Source of the DNA: an uncultured Ectothiorhodospiraceae bacterium
GTDB taxonomy: Bacteria > Pseudomonadota > Gammaproteobacteria > UBA9214
DNA: 64,000 bases
Assembly: GCA_947259415.1 (NCBI GenBank)
Contig: CAMYMI010000008.1
Coordinates: 4,368-68,367, forward strand
Reading direction: 5' to 3'
The position numbers and the translations under genes were made by a program. Positions 8,307-18,162 of this stretch are shown piece after piece. The notes beneath the pieces are model-generated. The model saw nothing but the letters and a program-made list of their open reading frames with translations, was not told where the DNA came from and ran no database searches. Positions within the stretch are counted from its first letter, which is position 1; each line of letters opens with the position of its first letter.

Positions 8307-10292
8307 TTAACCGGCGTGCTGCGGGAAGCGCCGCACCAGCTGCTGCAGTTGCTTAACCTCATGTGAATCCTGCAGTGGCTTGCCGTAGCGCAGCCGGATG
8401 TAGAGCTCGGTGATCGAACAGACCTGGGCGGCGAGTTCCGGATGCGCGGCTATCGCCCGTCGGGCAAAGTCCCGCGGTCCTTCGCTCGCCCCGCGCCGGA
8501 TGTTAAGCCGGGCCAGGTGCTTGCAGTAGCGCTGCCAGGCCTGCAGCACCGGGTCGGAAGGCCCGGGTGTCCGCAGCAGCATCCACAGGGCAATGCCCAG
8601 CAGGCAGCCACCGATCAGCAGCAACAGCGTCAGCGCCATTTCCCGCCAGGAGGCCTGTCTGAAGCCGAGCGCCGCGAGCAGCTCCAGCTGGCGCTGCGGC
8701 CCGTAGGACAGGACCCACTGGTTCCAGTGGTTGTTGACTGCATCCACGGCGAATTGCAGCCGGCGCCAGCTGCGTACCAGCAGGCCGGTTTCCAGCAGCC
8801 GAAAGCGCGCCGGGGTGCCGGCGGCCTGCAGATCCAGGTCGAGTGGATGTTCGATGCGCTCGGGGGCCACGGCGGCGGTCGGGTCCACGCGCAGCCAGCC
8901 GGCAGCGGGCAGCCAGACCTCGGCCCAGGCATGGGCATCTGCCTGGCGGATCAGCCAGTAATCCCCGACCGGGTTGTACTCGCCGCCCTGGTAGCCGGTC
9001 ACCACGCGCGCCGGAACGCCCGCGCTACGCATCAGCACCACAAAGGCGGCCGCATAGTGCTCGCAAAAACCGCGGCGCGTCTCAAACAGGAACTCGTCCA
9101 CCGGGTCATCCCCCAGCAGCGGTGGCTGCAGGGTATAGACGAACGGCTGGCTACGGAAATAGTCCAGCGCCTGCTGCACCACGGCGCGGTCGTTGTCCGC
9201 CCGGGCACGCCAGTCACGCGCCAGCTCCTGCACCCGTGGACTGACACCCTCGGGCAATTGCAGCGCGGCCTTCCTCAGCGGCGAATGCAGTGGGCCGGTG
9301 TCATAGTGCGGCCAGGACGTGGCCTCGTAGCGGATGCGCTCGCGCACCGGTCGGTAGGAAAGCCACTGGAAGTCCACCGTGTAGACCGCCCGCGTCGAGA
9401 TCTGCACCGGCAGGTCAAGTGCCAGCAGCCAGGGCTTGTCGTGGCCTTCCAGGGTGACTGCATAGCGCAGCGCCTCTCCGCGGTTTTGCACGGCATCGGG
9501 CGGCTTGCGCGGGTAGGAGCCGATGCGCCCGGGTGACCAGGTCCGGCCATCGGTGTGCCACAGCACCGGGCCGCGCCAGTAGCGCAGTTCCGCTGCGGGC
9601 GCCGGCCCGAAGAACTCCACCCGAAAGGCGGTGGCCCCGGACTGTGCCAGGGAACTGATGGCGCCGGGGGTCATGGAGTCGCTCAGTCCGGTCATGCCGG
9701 CATAGGCGTCCTTGGGCAGACCCCAGAGTGGTCCGGCAACACGCGGAAAAAACACGAACAGTACCAGCATGATCGGCAGGGCCTGTGCCAGCAGTACAGC
9801 GGCCAGGCGCAGGTGGCTGCCAACCGGGCGCTGCCTGCTGGTGTGGGTGATGGCAGACAGGGCGGCGGTGATCACCAGCGTGGCGACAAACATGTAGACC
9901 GCGATCGGGATGGTCTGGGTGAACAGGAAATTGGTGATGACCAGAAAATAGCTGAGGTAGATGACCAGCCGCGCATCGCGGAGCGTATGCAGCTCCAGCA
10001 GTTTCAGTGCCAGCATGACGATCAGCAGGGCAACGCCGGCCTGCTTGCCGAGCAGCGTGCTGTAATAGAAAAACACAGCCGCGGAAGCGGCCACCGTCAG
10101 CAGCGCCAGCAGCATGCGTGGCGGTTGGTGCCAGGGGCGGCGCAGCAGCAACAGCTTGAACAACCCGACACCGATGGCAAACAGGGTGATCCACCCGGGC
10201 ATACGCGGCAGGTGCGGCAGGACCACCAGCACCACGGCGGCCAGCAGCCAGGTCTGGGTGCGCGCGCTCAATGTGGTTGCGTGGCCTTGCAT
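8307..10292 (-). CDS. tgpA: Transglutaminase TgpA family (DUF3488 + transglutaminase + DUF4129)
   Basis: N-terminal TM region, YWRGPVL, GFCEHYA, ARVVTGYQGG, AHAWAEVW, W.RVDPT catalytic triad motifs. Confidence 0.92.
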   Translation of the reverse strand: MQGHATTLSARTQTWLLAAVVLVVLPHLPRMPGWITLFAIGVGLFKLLLLRRPWHQPPRMLLALLTVAASAAVFFYYSTLLGKQAGVALLIVMLALKLLELHTLRDARLVIYLSYFLVITNFLFTQTIPIAVYMFVATLVITAALSAITHTSRQRPVGSHLRLAAVLLAQALPIMLVLFVFFPRVAGPLWGLPKDAYAGMTGLSDSMTPGAISSLAQSGATAFRVEFFGPAPAAELRYWRGPVLWHTDGRTWSPGRIGSYPRKPPDAVQNRGEALRYAVTLEGHDKPWLLALDLPVQISTRAVYTVDFQWLSYRPVRERIRYEATSWPHYDTGPLHSPLRKAALQLPEGVSPRVQELARDWRARADNDRAVVQQALDYFRSQPFVYTLQPPLLGDDPVDEFLFETRRGFCEHYAAAFVVLMRSAGVPARVVTGYQGGEYNPVGDYWLIRQADAHAWAEVWLPAAGWLRVDPTAAVAPERIEHPLDLDLQAAGTPARFRLLETGLLVRSWRRLQFAVDAVNNHWNQWVLSYGPQRQLELLAALGFRQASWREMALTLLLLIGGCLLGIALWMLLRTPGPSDPVLQAWQRYCKHLARLNIRRGASEGPRDFARRAIAAHPELAAQVCSITELYIRLRYGKPLQDSHEVKQLQQLVRRFPQHAG

Positions 10293-10295
10293 GGA

Positions 10296-11249
10296 TCAGG
10301 TGAAGTGCGCCAGCGCCTCGAGGCAGCGGTGTTTATGGCGGTTGCCGCTGGCGATGCCGATCTCCAGCCCGGGCAGGCGCAGTCCATAGGCCTGCTGGTT
10401 GCGGTGGGCATCGAGTACCCAGCGGCACAACCGGCTGAGGCGCGCCTCGGTGTCCATGCCGGGCAGTGCCTCCCAGTCCAGCCAGACCTCGTCGGCACGG
10501 TCACCACCAAACTGCTTGACCAGCAGCGCCTGTTCGCGCGCGGCGGCCTTCCAGAGCACATGGCGCGGGGAATCACCTGGCCGGTAGGGGCGGAAGCCGG
10601 CAAAGTCATCAACCCCGCGGCCCCGGTCACCGGTCTGATGGGGCTTGTAGGCCGGGCTTTGCGCGATCGGACCTTCGTTCACAGGGTGCGGATAGACCAG
10701 GCACTCCGCCCGCAGTTCCAGATGCGCCCAGGCGCGCAACAGGCCGAGCGGGTAGCGCGTGGATACGGTCCAGCGCCCGAGCGGCAGAACGCCGCGCTGC
10801 CTGGCATCGCGGTACAGCGTTGCCGTGACGGTATGCGATCCTTCCAGGTCGATGCTGACCGCGGGTTGTTCTGCGCTGTGCAGCCGGATCCCGTAGCGCG
10901 GCGACGCGCCGGGATTGTTCACCAGGATCTCGAAGCCGGCCCGGCTCCCGGCGAACACCGGTTTGGACCTGCCCGCACTGAAGCCGAGTCCTGCCAGGTT
11001 GCGGTAGGTATGCAGGATCGAGACCATGGCCATACTGCCGACCAGGAAGGTAAACAGGTGGGCCATGCTGTTGTTGTAGTTGATGGCGCCGAACAGCATC
11101 ACCAGCAGCATGCAGGCAAACAGCAGCCCGCTCGCGGTGGGCAGTATGAAGATGCGGGAACGGTCCAGGTGCACGGGCCCCGATTCGACCCCGAGTCCCC
11201 GGGTGAAACGTTGCAGTCTGAAACGGTCGCGTAAGGTCAGGGTCTGCAT
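10296..11249 (-). CDS. DUF58 domain protein
   Basis: IFILPT..G, INYNNS, TRYPLGL.RAW, DFAGFRPYRPGDS.R.V.WK. Canonical position between moxR and tgpA. Confidence 0.9.
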   Translation of the reverse strand: MQTLTLRDRFRLQRFTRGLGVESGPVHLDRSRIFILPTASGLLFACMLLVMLFGAINYNNSMAHLFTFLVGSMAMVSILHTYRNLAGLGFSAGRSKPVFAGSRAGFEILVNNPGASPRYGIRLHSAEQPAVSIDLEGSHTVTATLYRDARQRGVLPLGRWTVSTRYPLGLLRAWAHLELRAECLVYPHPVNEGPIAQSPAYKPHQTGDRGRGVDDFAGFRPYRPGDSPRHVLWKAAAREQALLVKQFGGDRADEVWLDWEALPGMDTEARLSRLCRWVLDAHRNQQAYGLRLPGLEIGIASGNRHKHRCLEALAHFT

Positions 11250-11251
11250 AG

Positions 11252-11447
11252 AAAAAGGGGGCATTCTCACTGCTGTTCCAGATAATTCCTTCTCCCCTTC
11301 ATGGGAGAGGGGATTCTTTCCTGAATGGCTTAGACAAAGTTCATATCTTTGATCCAGTTATTTTTACTTTTAGTCAATCTGATTAGACGATGATTGCGCT
11401 GGACTCAAATGAAATAAATTGGACAGCAGTGAGAATGCTCCCATTTT
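11252..11447. repeat. MITE-like element with ~28-bp imperfect terminal inverted repeats
   Basis: AAAAGGGGGCATTCTCACTGCTGTTCCA (11253-11280) versus TGGACAGCAGTGAGAATGCTCCCATTTT (11420-11447), enclosing a CTCCC/GGGAG hairpin and an AT-rich core. Confidence 0.65.
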
Positions 11448-11460
11448 GCATCGTGCCCGG

Positions 11461-12414
11461 CTAGGGCAGGGGTACCGACTCCAGCAGTACACGCACCCGT
11501 TCACTGCCGCTCAGGGATTCGGTCTGATCCTCCGCGGCCTGCAGGCGATGACCGACCACGACCGGCAGCACGGTCTGCAGGTCTTCAGGCAGTACCAGGT
11601 CGCGCCCTGCCAGCAGGGCCCAGGCCTTGGCGCTGTGCAGCAGCGCCAGCCCAGCCCGCGGCGACAATCCGTTCTGATAACGGGGTGACTGGCGGGTGAA
11701 ATCCAGCAGGGCCTGCAGGTAATCGAGCAGGGCATCGGCGGCGTGCACACTGTCGACCTGGCGCTGGAGTTCCAGCAGCTGGCCGGCGGACATCAGTGGT
11801 TCGATCCCGGCCAGCAGCGTGCGGCGGTCAGCACCCCTGAGCAGTTCGCGTTCGGCACCGGCATCGGGGTAGCCGAGTTCGATACACATCAGGAAACGGT
11901 CGAGTTGCGATTCCGGCAGCGGGAAGGTGCCGATCTGGTAGAGCGGGTTCTGGGTGGCGATCACGAAGAACGGCTGCGGCAGCTCGCGGGTCTGTCCCTC
12001 GACGGTGATCTGGTGTTCCTCCATGGCCTCCAGCAGGGCACTCTGGGTCTTGGGGGTGGCGCGGTTGATTTCATCGGCCAGCACGATGTGGGAAAACACC
12101 GGCCCGGGATGGAACTGGAACTCGCCGGTGTCGCGGTTGTAGATGGAGACCCCGAGGATGTCGGCCGGCAGCAGGTCGCTGGTGAACTGGATCCGCTGAT
12201 AGTGCAGGCCGAGTACCGTGGCCAGCGAGTGTGCCAGGGTGGTCTTGCCGACGCCGGGCAGGTCTTCGATCAGCAGGTGTCCGCGCGCCAGCAGGCAGGT
12301 CAGGGCCAGGCGCAGCTGGTGTTCCTTGCCGAGGATGATCTCCCCCAGGCGCTCAACAATGCCGTCGAGCAATGCGTTCATCCCGGGCTGCAGTATGGCT
12401 GAGTTCTGTGCCAT
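11461..12414 (-). CDS. moxR: MoxR family AAA+ ATPase
   Basis: GHLLIEDLPGVGKT, RIQFTSDLLPAD, LADEINRATPKTQSALLEAM, ATQNP, LPESQLDRF. Confidence 0.95.
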   Translation of the reverse strand: MAQNSAILQPGMNALLDGIVERLGEIILGKEHQLRLALTCLLARGHLLIEDLPGVGKTTLAHSLATVLGLHYQRIQFTSDLLPADILGVSIYNRDTGEFQFHPGPVFSHIVLADEINRATPKTQSALLEAMEEHQITVEGQTRELPQPFFVIATQNPLYQIGTFPLPESQLDRFLMCIELGYPDAGAERELLRGADRRTLLAGIEPLMSAGQLLELQRQVDSVHAADALLDYLQALLDFTRQSPRYQNGLSPRAGLALLHSAKAWALLAGRDLVLPEDLQTVLPVVVGHRLQAAEDQTESLSGSERVRVLLESVPLP

Positions 12415-12426
12415 TGATTCCGCCGG

Positions 12427-12606
12427 CTAGTCCTTGTTCTCTTCGTCATCGTCCGTGACCACATCGATCACCGCGCCGGTCACCTTGAACGGGACCTTGG
12501 CAGCTTCAACCGCGACCGTGCTCACCACGCCCACCGTGGTCCCTACGACCATGGACGCACAGCCCTGCAGCATCAGCAGGACAAGGACCAGCGCAACGGT
12601 TTTCAT
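12427..12606 (-). CDS. Small (59 aa) lipoprotein
   Basis: Below the ORF-track cutoff. Manual translation MKTVALVLVLLMLQGCASMVVGTTVGVVSTVAVEAAKVPFKVTGAVIDVVTDDDEENKD*, with LQGC lipobox and AGGAG RBS. Confidence 0.8.
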   Translation of the reverse strand: MKTVALVLVLLMLQGCASMVVGTTVGVVSTVAVEAAKVPFKVTGAVIDVVTDDDEENKD

Positions 12607-12811
12607 GCAATCGGACTCCTGTGGAACGGTCAGACGAGTGCGTATGGTAAACCCTTGTGCTGGCAGGGGACAGGCTGCGGTCCTGAAATTGCGACATAGG
12701 CGTCAATTAAAAGCCTGAAAGCGTTCACGCCGAGTGTTGTTAACCATGGTATCAGTCACGCGTTATGTATATTCTTGGAAATTCGCAGTTTCAATGACGG
12801 TCATAGTAATA

Positions 12812-13885
12812 ATGAAAACGCACCTCACCCGGCACCGTTCCCGTCTCTGGCTTCGTGGATTGATATGCCTGCTTGCAGTGACAGGGCTGGCGGGTTGTGA
12901 ACAGCCAAAGGCACCCGGCGGCGGGAAAGACAAACCGGTCCACCTGGTCGAGGTTGCACCGGTGGTGAGTGACAACCTCAGCGTGGTGCGTACCCGCGCC
13001 GGCACCCTGCGGGCGCAGCGCGAGGTCAGGGTCTACACCCAGGAGGAAGGCCGCATTACCGCGCTGCCGGTGTATGAGGGTGACAAGGTTGCGGAAGGGG
13101 ACCTGCTGGTCCGGCTGGACAACACCCTCATCAAGGCACAGCTCGCGCGCGCCAGTGCCACCCGCAAACAGGCTGCGCAGGATGCCAGGCGCCTGAAGGA
13201 ACTGCGCGGCAGCAAGCTGGTCTCCGAGGATGAATACGCCCGCGCACGCACCGCGCTGGAGGTGGCCGAGGCCGACGAGCAGGTACTGAAAACCCGCCTG
13301 GGTTATACCATCATCAGCAGCCCCATCAGTGGCGTGGTCAGCGTGCGGCTCTCGGAGCCCGGCAATATTGCCGGGCGCCACCAGCACCTGCTGACCGTCT
13401 CGGATCCCTCGTCGCTGGTGACCGAGCTGCCGGTGTCCGAGTTGATCCTGCCCGACCTGTCCCTCGGCGATGTCGCCCGGGTGCGCATTGATGCCCTCGG
13501 TGACCGGGTCTTTGATGGGCGCATTACCCGGATCTATCCCAGCCTCGACCCGGTGACACGTCGCGGCACCATCGAGGTCGAGATCAAGCCCGTGCCCGCG
13601 GGCGCCGCACCCGGCCAGTTGTGCCGGGTCGAACTCAGTACCCGGGCCGCCCTGCGCCAGGTGATCCCGTTTGCGGCACTGCGCCGCGATGCGGACAGCG
13701 AGTACGTCTATGTTCTCGACGACGAGAACAGGGCGCAGCGCGTGGCAGTGGTCAGCGGCCTGCGCCTGGCCGAGCGCATCGAGATCCGTGAAGGCCTGGA
13801 AGACGGCCAGCAGGTGGTTACCAAGGGTTTTCTTGGCCTGGCGCCCGGCAAACAGGTCAAGCCCGTCGAGCGTCACACCCCCTGA
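12812..13885 (+). CDS. RND efflux periplasmic adaptor (MFP) subunit
   Basis: LAGC lipobox, lipoyl half-motifs (EGDKV..GDLLVRLD), coiled coil, G.I.RIYP..D..TR. Directly upstream of an AcrB-type gene. Confidence 0.92.
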   Translation: MKTHLTRHRSRLWLRGLICLLAVTGLAGCEQPKAPGGGKDKPVHLVEVAPVVSDNLSVVRTRAGTLRAQREVRVYTQEEGRITALPVYEGDKVAEGDLLVRLDNTLIKAQLARASATRKQAAQDARRLKELRGSKLVSEDEYARARTALEVAEADEQVLKTRLGYTIISSPISGVVSVRLSEPGNIAGRHQHLLTVSDPSSLVTELPVSELILPDLSLGDVARVRIDALGDRVFDGRITRIYPSLDPVTRRGTIEVEIKPVPAGAAPGQLCRVELSTRAALRQVIPFAALRRDADSEYVYVLDDENRAQRVAVVSGLRLAERIEIREGLEDGQQVVTKGFLGLAPGKQVKPVERHTP

Positions 13886-13887
13886 GC

Positions 13888-16800
13888 ATGGCCGGGCAGA
13901 CATCAAGAAGCGGGGGGCTGGCGGCCTGGTCAATCCGACACCCCGTGGGTGTCACCATGATCGCGCTGGCGGTCATCGTGCTGGGCGTGTTCGCGTTCAT
14001 GCGCCTGGCCATCGATCTGCATCCCCACCTGATCTACCCGGAGGTCCGTGTACGCATTCTGAGCCCCGGCGTCCCGGCGACGGTGATGGAGGACCAGTTC
14101 ACCCGCCAACTGGAGGAGCAGCTGGCGATTACCGAGGATGCCATCAGCGTGCAGTCGCGCACCGGGGAAGGCGCGGTGTCGGTCGATCTGTCATTCGAGT
14201 ACGGCAAGGACATCGACATCGCCCTGCGCGATGCCAGTACCCGGCTGGACCGCGCCAAGCGTTTCCTGCCCGATACCGCGGACCCGCCCATCATCTACAA
14301 GCGCGATCCGTCGCAGATCCCGGTGCTGGAACTGGTGGTCAGCTCGCCGTTGCGTGATCCCGTCGAGCTGCGCAGCTGGGTGGATGACGTGTTCGGCAAG
14401 TGGTTCCTGACCCTGCCCGGGGTGGCCGCCGCAGAGGTCGGCGGCGGTCTGATCCGCGAGATCCAGGTGTTGCCTGACCAGCAGCGCCTCGCCGGGGTGG
14501 GTCTCGACATGCAGGACCTCATTGATGCTCTGCAACGTGGCAACCGCGAGGACCCGGCCGGGCGCCTGAAGATGACGCGCCAGGAACTCTCCGGACGCAT
14601 CAGCGGCCGCTTCACCCGTGTTGAACAGATCGCCGAGCTGCCGCTGGCGTTGCCTGCCGGCGGCGTGATTCACCTGCAGGAGGTCGCCGATGTCATCGAT
14701 ACCCACGAGGATGAGCGCCTGCGGGTGCGCGTCAACGCGGTGCCCGGGATCAAGCTGTCGATCCAGAAGCAGCCGACTGCAAATACCGTGGCGGTCGTCG
14801 ACGTGGTGCAGAAACGCCTGGGCTGGCTGCGCGAACAGGGCCTGGTGCCGGACGATATCGAGGTCCGCAACGTGGCTGACCAGTCGATCTACATCCGCCA
14901 GGCACTGACGAATTCGGGTATGGCGGCGACCAGTGGCGCGCTGCTGGCGATGGTGGTGGTGTTCGTGTTCCTAGGCAACCTGCGCCGTACCCTGATCATC
15001 GGCAGTGCGATACCCATCGCCATCATGGTGACCTTCGTGATCATGGGGATGGGCGGGCTCACCCTCAACATCATGACCCTGGGCGGTCTGGCGCTGGGTG
15101 TCGGCCTGATTGTCGACAACACTATTGTCATGCTGGAGAACATCTACCGACACCAGTGTCAGGGCGAGAACGTGCTGGAGGCCGGGCGCCATGCCGCCGA
15201 GGAGGTCAACAGCGCCATTGTTGCCTCCACCAGCACCAACCTGGCGGCGGTGCTGCCGTTCCTGTTCATCGGCGGCCTGACGGGGCTGCTGTTCAGGGAA
15301 CTGATTTTCACCATCTCGGCTGCCATCCTGTCCTCGTTGGCCATTGCCCTGACTCTGGTCCCGGCGCTGGCGGCCAAGGTGCGCAGCACCGAGAGCGGGC
15401 GGCTGCGTCTCAGGGTCGATGCCGTGGTGCGCTGGCTGCAGGACCGTTACGTCGCCCTGGTCGAGCGTTTGTTGCGCGTGCCCTACCTGGTGATCCTGGT
15501 GTTTATCGCCATGCTGGCCCTGGCCAGCCAGGTGTTTTTCGGCAATCAGCAGATCTTCCTGCCGAACATGGATGACGGCCGCATCTCGGTCAGCATCACC
15601 ACCGATCCCGGGGTGACGCTCGACGAGATGGACCGCACCGTCCAGGAGCTGGAGCAGCTGTTCACCGGGCAGGCGGAGGTCGATCACGTGTTCACCCTGG
15701 TGGGTGGCTTTATCTTCGGACGTACCGAGCGCCAGATCCCCAATCGCAGCACCCTGAATGTGCAGCTGGTCCCGTTGACGCAGCGCGATTTCAGCAGCGA
15801 CGAATGGATCAAGCGCATGAACAAGGTGATCACGGAGAAACAGCTGGCCGGAGTGCGGGTGCGCATGCGCACCCGCGGCATTCGCGGCATCCGTACCAGC
15901 CGCGGCGACGATGACATCAGCATCCGCATCCAGGGACCGGAGCTGGAGAAGCTCGAGGAACTGGCCGACGAGATCGTCCTGCGCCTGAGGCCGGTAGAGG
16001 GGCTGCGCAACCTGAAGCATTCACAGGAAGAGGTGCACCACGAAATCAACATTGACATCGACCGCGAACGTGCCAGCATCCTGGGACTCGATGTCGAGGA
16101 CGTGGGCGATGCCATGCGCATCGCGCTGGAAGGCGTGGTTGTGACCGACTTCATCGAGGGTGATCGCAGCTACGACGTGCGCCTGCGCCTGCCACCGGTG
16201 GAGGCCGCCGACCCGCAGGACCTGGAGTCGGTGCTGTTGTTCCCGGCCGCACAGGGACGTAAGGCCATCTACCTGGGTGATGTTGCCCGGGTGAACCTGA
16301 TCGAGTCGGCCGCCGAGATCCTGCGCGACAACCAGCAGCGCATCATCGAAGTCAGCGCCACGGTTGCCGAGACGACTGCCCTGGGTACGGTGCTGGATGC
16401 CATCGACAAGAGCCTGCTGGACCTGAAGATGCCCCCGGGGTACAGCCGCTATGATGGCGGGGAGAGGGAGACGTTGCAGGAAGGCCGCTCACTGACCGGG
16501 ACGCTGCTGCTGCTTGCCCTGTTCCTGGTGTTCGTGGTCATGGCCATCCAGTACGAGTCGTTGCGCAATCCCTTCATCATTCTGCTGAGCGTGCCCTTTA
16601 CCACCGTGGGAGTGGCCATCGGCCTCACCCTGGCCGACCTGCCGATCTCCATGCCGGTGTGGTTGGGCATGATCATGCTGGCCGGCATCGTGGTGAACAA
16701 CGCCATCGTGCTGGTCGAGTACATCGAGATCATGCGCGAACGCGGCAGCGCCATCCGCGAGGCCATTCTGCAGGCCGCACGGCTGCGCCTGCGGCCCATC

Positions 16801-17007
16801 CTGATGACCACCCTGACCACCGTGGTCGGCATGCTGCCGCTGGCGATCGGGCTGGGGGAGGGCTCGGAAATGCTGAGTCCACTGGCGATTACTATCGTGT
16901 CGGGACTGTCGTTCTCGATGCTGGTAAGCCTGGTGCTGGTGCCGGTGATCTACGAGCTGACGCACATCCGGGAATGGAAACAGCGCGCGAGTGTAGCCAG
17001 TGCCTGA
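13888..17007 (+). CDS. RND efflux permease (AcrB/AcrD/AcrF family)
   Basis: 1039 aa, GLIVDNTIVMLENI, GIVVNNAIVLVE, RLRPILMTTLTT. Confidence 0.95.
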   Translation: MAGQTSRSGGLAAWSIRHPVGVTMIALAVIVLGVFAFMRLAIDLHPHLIYPEVRVRILSPGVPATVMEDQFTRQLEEQLAITEDAISVQSRTGEGAVSVDLSFEYGKDIDIALRDASTRLDRAKRFLPDTADPPIIYKRDPSQIPVLELVVSSPLRDPVELRSWVDDVFGKWFLTLPGVAAAEVGGGLIREIQVLPDQQRLAGVGLDMQDLIDALQRGNREDPAGRLKMTRQELSGRISGRFTRVEQIAELPLALPAGGVIHLQEVADVIDTHEDERLRVRVNAVPGIKLSIQKQPTANTVAVVDVVQKRLGWLREQGLVPDDIEVRNVADQSIYIRQALTNSGMAATSGALLAMVVVFVFLGNLRRTLIIGSAIPIAIMVTFVIMGMGGLTLNIMTLGGLALGVGLIVDNTIVMLENIYRHQCQGENVLEAGRHAAEEVNSAIVASTSTNLAAVLPFLFIGGLTGLLFRELIFTISAAILSSLAIALTLVPALAAKVRSTESGRLRLRVDAVVRWLQDRYVALVERLLRVPYLVILVFIAMLALASQVFFGNQQIFLPNMDDGRISVSITTDPGVTLDEMDRTVQELEQLFTGQAEVDHVFTLVGGFIFGRTERQIPNRSTLNVQLVPLTQRDFSSDEWIKRMNKVITEKQLAGVRVRMRTRGIRGIRTSRGDDDISIRIQGPELEKLEELADEIVLRLRPVEGLRNLKHSQEEVHHEINIDIDRERASILGLDVEDVGDAMRIALEGVVVTDFIEGDRSYDVRLRLPPVEAADPQDLESVLLFPAAQGRKAIYLGDVARVNLIESAAEILRDNQQRIIEVSATVAETTALGTVLDAIDKSLLDLKMPPGYSRYDGGERETLQEGRSLTGTLLLLALFLVFVVMAIQYESLRNPFIILLSVPFTTVGVAIGLTLADLPISMPVWLGMIMLAGIVVNNAIVLVEYIEIMRERGSAIREAILQAARLRLRPILMTTLTTVVGMLPLAIGLGEGSEMLSPLAITIVSGLSFSMLVSLVLVPVIYELTHIREWKQRASVASA

Positions 17008-17142
17008 GACTGTTGTTTATGCGTTATGTAACAGGTTCGGCCGTATACCCGCAGGCGCGTTTTTTTTGAGTGTGCCTTGCGCCTGCACCCGATAAAGCGC
17101 CGGGCATCAACAAGGCGCTCCAACAGATTCCATTTAATCATC

Positions 17143-17508
17143 AGTCGCAAAGCCGCAGATCGGATTAGCGCGAGCGTAATCCGACATTGCGATTGTCGGG
17201 TTACGGCCTTACGGCCTAACCCGACCTACGGTCTCGCGGTCGGCCGTTAGTCCCCGGTCACCGGCTCGGCGTTCAGCAGTGTGCAGGTCGGGTAAAGCTT
17301 CCGCTCTCTGCTCACGCTCCACACCTGCGATGTACAAGCCGCAGGCCGGGTTAGCGCGAGCGTAATCCGACATTGCGATTGTCGGGTTACGGCCTTACGG
17401 CCTAACCCGACCTACGGTCTCGCAGTTGGTCGTTAGTCCCCGGTCACCGGCTCGGCGTTCAGCAGAGCGATTGTCGGCTTACGGCCTTACGGCCTAACCC
17501 GACCTACG
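17143..17508. repeat. Tandem REP doublets, each followed by a copy of a tesA-like 3' end
   Basis: Units 17143-17279 and 17337-17465 match 18059-18195. Each ends in the reverse complement of ...CTGCTGAACGCCGAGCCGGTGACCGGGGACTAA. Confidence 0.85.
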
Positions 17509-17516
17509 TCTCTTAT

Positions 17517-17655
17517 ATTCCTTCTCCCCTTCAAGGGGAGAAGGTTAGGATGAGGGGTGAGAAACGAAGTTTCTTAATCTGTAGTGTAAATTTTATCTGC
17601 CCTCACCCAGCCCTTTTATGCCTTTTGGGGTGCTCCCAATCATGGGAGAGGGGAT
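17517..17655. repeat. boxC-like CCCTCTCCC/GGGAGAGGG-GGGTGAGGG hairpin repeat pair
   Basis: TCCTTCTCCCC-TTCAA-GGGGAGAAGG-TTAGGATGAGGGG and inverted CCCTCACCCAGCCCT...CTCCC-AATCAT-GGGAGAGGGG. The family recurs at 24486-24600, 27972-28380, 30148-30182, 38273-38360, 39508-39850, 44098-44220, 45401-45438 and 46830-46915. Confidence 0.8.
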
Positions 17656-17781
17656 CAGTAATGGATCGTAGATAATATAATTTCATACAGCAGATATCCC
17701 GGGCGGCATGATCCTGATAGCCTGCCGGGGTTTCTTCGCGATCATCGGGAATCTCTATCAACCACAGGATGAACATTACCC

Positions 17782-18060
17782 ATGCAGGCTACCGCTGAAT
17801 TCCAGGTTGTACCGATCGGCGCCGGCGTCTCCGTGCGCGCCGAGGTGACACGGGTCGTCGAGATCCTCAAGGCCTATCCGTTTGTCGTCGAGACGCACGC
17901 CTCGGGCACCAATATCGAGGGGGAACTCGATGACATACTCACCGCTGTGCAGAACGTGCACACCGCGCTGCACGCCGAGGGCACAGTGCGCCTGGTCAGC
18001 TACCTGAAGCTGGAGACGCGCACCGACAAGGCGCCGACCCTGGCAGGCAAGCGGCTGTAG
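17782..18060 (+). CDS. MTH1187 family thiamine-binding protein
   Basis: AEF.VVPIG..SV...V, HASGTNIEGELD, R....LK...RTDK. Confidence 0.88.
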   Translation: MQATAEFQVVPIGAGVSVRAEVTRVVEILKAYPFVVETHASGTNIEGELDDILTAVQNVHTALHAEGTVRLVSYLKLETRTDKAPTLAGKRL

Positions 18061-18162
18061 TCGCAGAGCCGCAGGTCGGATTAGCGCGAGCGTAATCCGA
18101 CATTGCGATTGTCGGGTTACGGCCTTACGGCCCAACCCGACCTACGGTCTCGCAGTCGGCCG

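Noticed and set aside
9555-11234. 559-aa plus-strand ORF
   Set aside because: Shadow of tgpA/DUF58 in GC-rich DNA.
17143-17508. Possible CRISPR array
   Set aside because: Units are REP doublets with repeated, not unique, intervening sequence, and there are no cas genes.
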